From assembly GCA_000002445.1 (NCBI GenBank), contig CM000208.1:992001-1056000 (forward strand): 64,000 nucleotides of DNA. Direction: 5' to 3'. The stretch comes from Trypanosoma brucei (Eukaryota). A program made the position numbers and the translations under genes. Shown here piece after piece: positions 62,901 through 64,000 of the stretch. The notes under the pieces are model-generated. The model was given only the letters and a program-made list of their open reading frames with translations. It was not told where the DNA came from and made no database searches. Position 1 is the stretch's first letter. Every line of letters begins with the position of its first letter.

Positions 62901-63230
62901 AAAAAGCATGTGAGTGGGTTTTTAAAGAGAAATTAAAAAAGAAAAACGTAGAAAAGAGAAAAAAGAAAAAACGATCCAACCAAATACTCAAACGGAAATT
63001 TTAAAGAAAAAAATACACAAGCGGAGACAACAATGACGACATAAAGAGGAAATGAAGTAGAAGGAGGCACGAAGTAAAGCATGAGAGCGGGGAAGGGGAA
63101 GGGGGGAAAGAAAAAAAAACAAAACAGTATGAAACAAACAACTTTAACACCAAGACACGTAGACCGAAACACAAACAGACAAGCACAAACACAAACACAC
63201 ATATAAACATAAACATACACATACACAAAC

Positions 63231-63374
63231 ATATATATATATATATATATATACAGACAGGCGGAAAAAGAAAAACAAAACACATAAGATAGGCACAAAC
63301 ACGTACACCGGAAGCACATGAAATGAGTCCATACAGGAAAAGGGGATGAGAATGTGTGCGTGTGTGTGTGTGTG
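63231..63374. repeat. (TA)12 at 63231..63254 and (GT)10 at 63353..63374, in the 3' flank of DHH1
   Basis: atatatatatatatatatatatat; gtgtgcgtgtgtgtgtgtgtgg. Confidence 0.9.
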
Positions 63375-63377
63375 GTA

Positions 63378-64000
63378 TTACGCGGTGTACAGCTCAGGAT
63401 CGACTTCAGCAGGGATCGGTTTGATTTCCGTGTCGAGTTCCTGCTCAATGCGATAGACATTATGGCGGTCTTCATAAGTCACGAAGTTAATGGCGAGTCC
63501 CAAGTGACCGAAACGGCCAGATCGGCCAATGCGGTGAAGGTAAGTCTCCGCGTATTTGGGGAAGTCGAAGTTGATCACCACATTCACAGCCTGAATGTCG
63601 ATACCGCGAGTAATCAAATCAGAGCAAACCAGGTTACGGCAGTGGCCCTCACGAAAGTCGTGAAAGACACGGTTTCGATGTTGCTGCTGCATGCGCGCAT
63701 GAATGTAGTAGCAGCTATACCCAAGCTGAGTGATTTTCTTTGCCAGTAATTCCACACGGTTGACGCTATTGCAGAAAATAATAGATTGATTGATCTGCAG
63801 ACGGTTGAAAAGTGTGTTAAGGCAGTGAATTTTTTGTCGCTCTTCGACGAATGCGTAGTACTGTGTCACACCACGCAGCGTCAGCTCCTCCATGAGATTG
63901 ATTTCGTAAGGGTTGCGCAGATACTTGTCCGCAAAGTCCTTGACTGTGACGGGGAACGTAGCTGAAAAGAGCAACGACTGACGACCTTTGGGTAAGAAAC
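63378..64000 (-). CDS. DHH1: DEAD-box ATP-dependent RNA helicase DHH1 (DDX6/Me31B family), C-terminal RecA2 domain only. The N-terminal part is beyond the right edge.
   Basis: ...[95 protein letters not shown]...[24 protein letters not shown] is near-identical to human DDX6 ([70 protein letters not shown]...). The frame stays open upstream to 64000 (…[16 protein letters not shown]). Confidence 0.9.
   Translation of the reverse strand, partial: FLPKGRQSLLFSATFPVTVKDFADKYLRNPYEINLMEELTLRGVTQYYAFVEERQKIHCLNTLFNRLQINQSIIFCNSVNRVELLAKKITQLGYSCYYIHARMQQQHRNRVFHDFREGHCRNLVCSDLITRGIDIQAVNVVINFDFPKYAETYLHRIGRSGRFGHLGLAINFVTYEDRHNVYRIEQELDTEIKPIPAEVDPELYTA

Larger units (their letters stand above)
1..64000 (-). 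other. Single directional (polycistronic-type) gene cluster: every supported CDS is on the minus strand with no introns, typical of kinetoplastid nuclear DNA
   Basis: About 20 minus-strand CDSs. Plus-strand ORFs are all short and are either antisense to these CDSs or translations of microsatellite/homopolymer DNA. Confidence 0.8.

Noticed and set aside
60947-63475. ORFs of 60 to 190 aa in 59650..63475 (for example 60947..61384, 61247..61810, 61398..61829, 62933..63475)
   Set aside because: They are translations of homopyrimidine/homopurine and microsatellite DNA (poly-F/L/S/K/E). They have no start-codon context and no coding composition.
1-64000. Retroposon (ingi/RIME/SLACS-type), rRNA, tRNA, spliced-leader or CRISPR-like content
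   Set aside because: There is no reverse-transcriptase or endonuclease ORF, no long terminal or target-site duplications beyond the RPS3A tandem, and no structured-RNA hallmarks that I could see. CRISPR is not expected in a eukaryote.

Overview
This window reads as a kinetoplastid nuclear chromosome segment, Trypanosoma-like and most consistent with T. brucei. All credible genes are intronless and on the minus strand, forming a single directional polycistronic cluster of about 20 CDSs separated by low-complexity, microsatellite-rich intergenic DNA. I found no strand switch, tRNA, rRNA, retroposon or CRISPR. Products recognised directly from the translations: 60S ribosomal protein L18a (eL20); a tandem pair of 40S ribosomal protein S3a genes; the C-terminal half of the DEAD-box helicase DHH1/DDX6 (runs off the right edge); ESCRT-III CHMP5/Vps60; an LPCAT-type lysophospholipid acyltransferase; a PIP-kinase-domain protein; a CAMK-like Ser/Thr kinase; an STPGR (SHIPPO)-repeat protein; a Dpy-30-motif protein; a WCPPC tryparedoxin/thioredoxin-fold protein; a Nup35/Nup53-type RRM protein with a C-proximal hydrophobic helix (candidate nucleoporin); an N-terminal RING-finger protein; a giant WD40 protein with a canonical EF-hand; and several large hypotheticals. 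One large minus-strand gene (start codon at 4930) runs off the left edge; it is absent from the ORF track because its stop is outside the window, and I found it by translating the reverse complement by eye. The ORF track calls GTG/TTG as starts, so I re-anchored several CDSs to the first in-frame ATG, checked by reading the sequence at that coordinate. The co-occurrence of a tandem RPS3A pair near DHH1 matches my recollection of T. brucei chromosome 10, but I cannot verify that here. The first ~38 kb is gene-dense; the last ~26 kb is gene-sparse with very long repeat-laden intergenic regions, including a ~2.2-kb strand-asymmetric homopyrimidine tract. I see no evidence of a novel multi-gene system. 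The most check-worthy items are a propeller-like ORF with no ATG for its first 138 codons, the near-identical RPS3A duplication, the candidate Nup35-like nucleoporin, and some unusual 5'UTR and intergenic sequence features.
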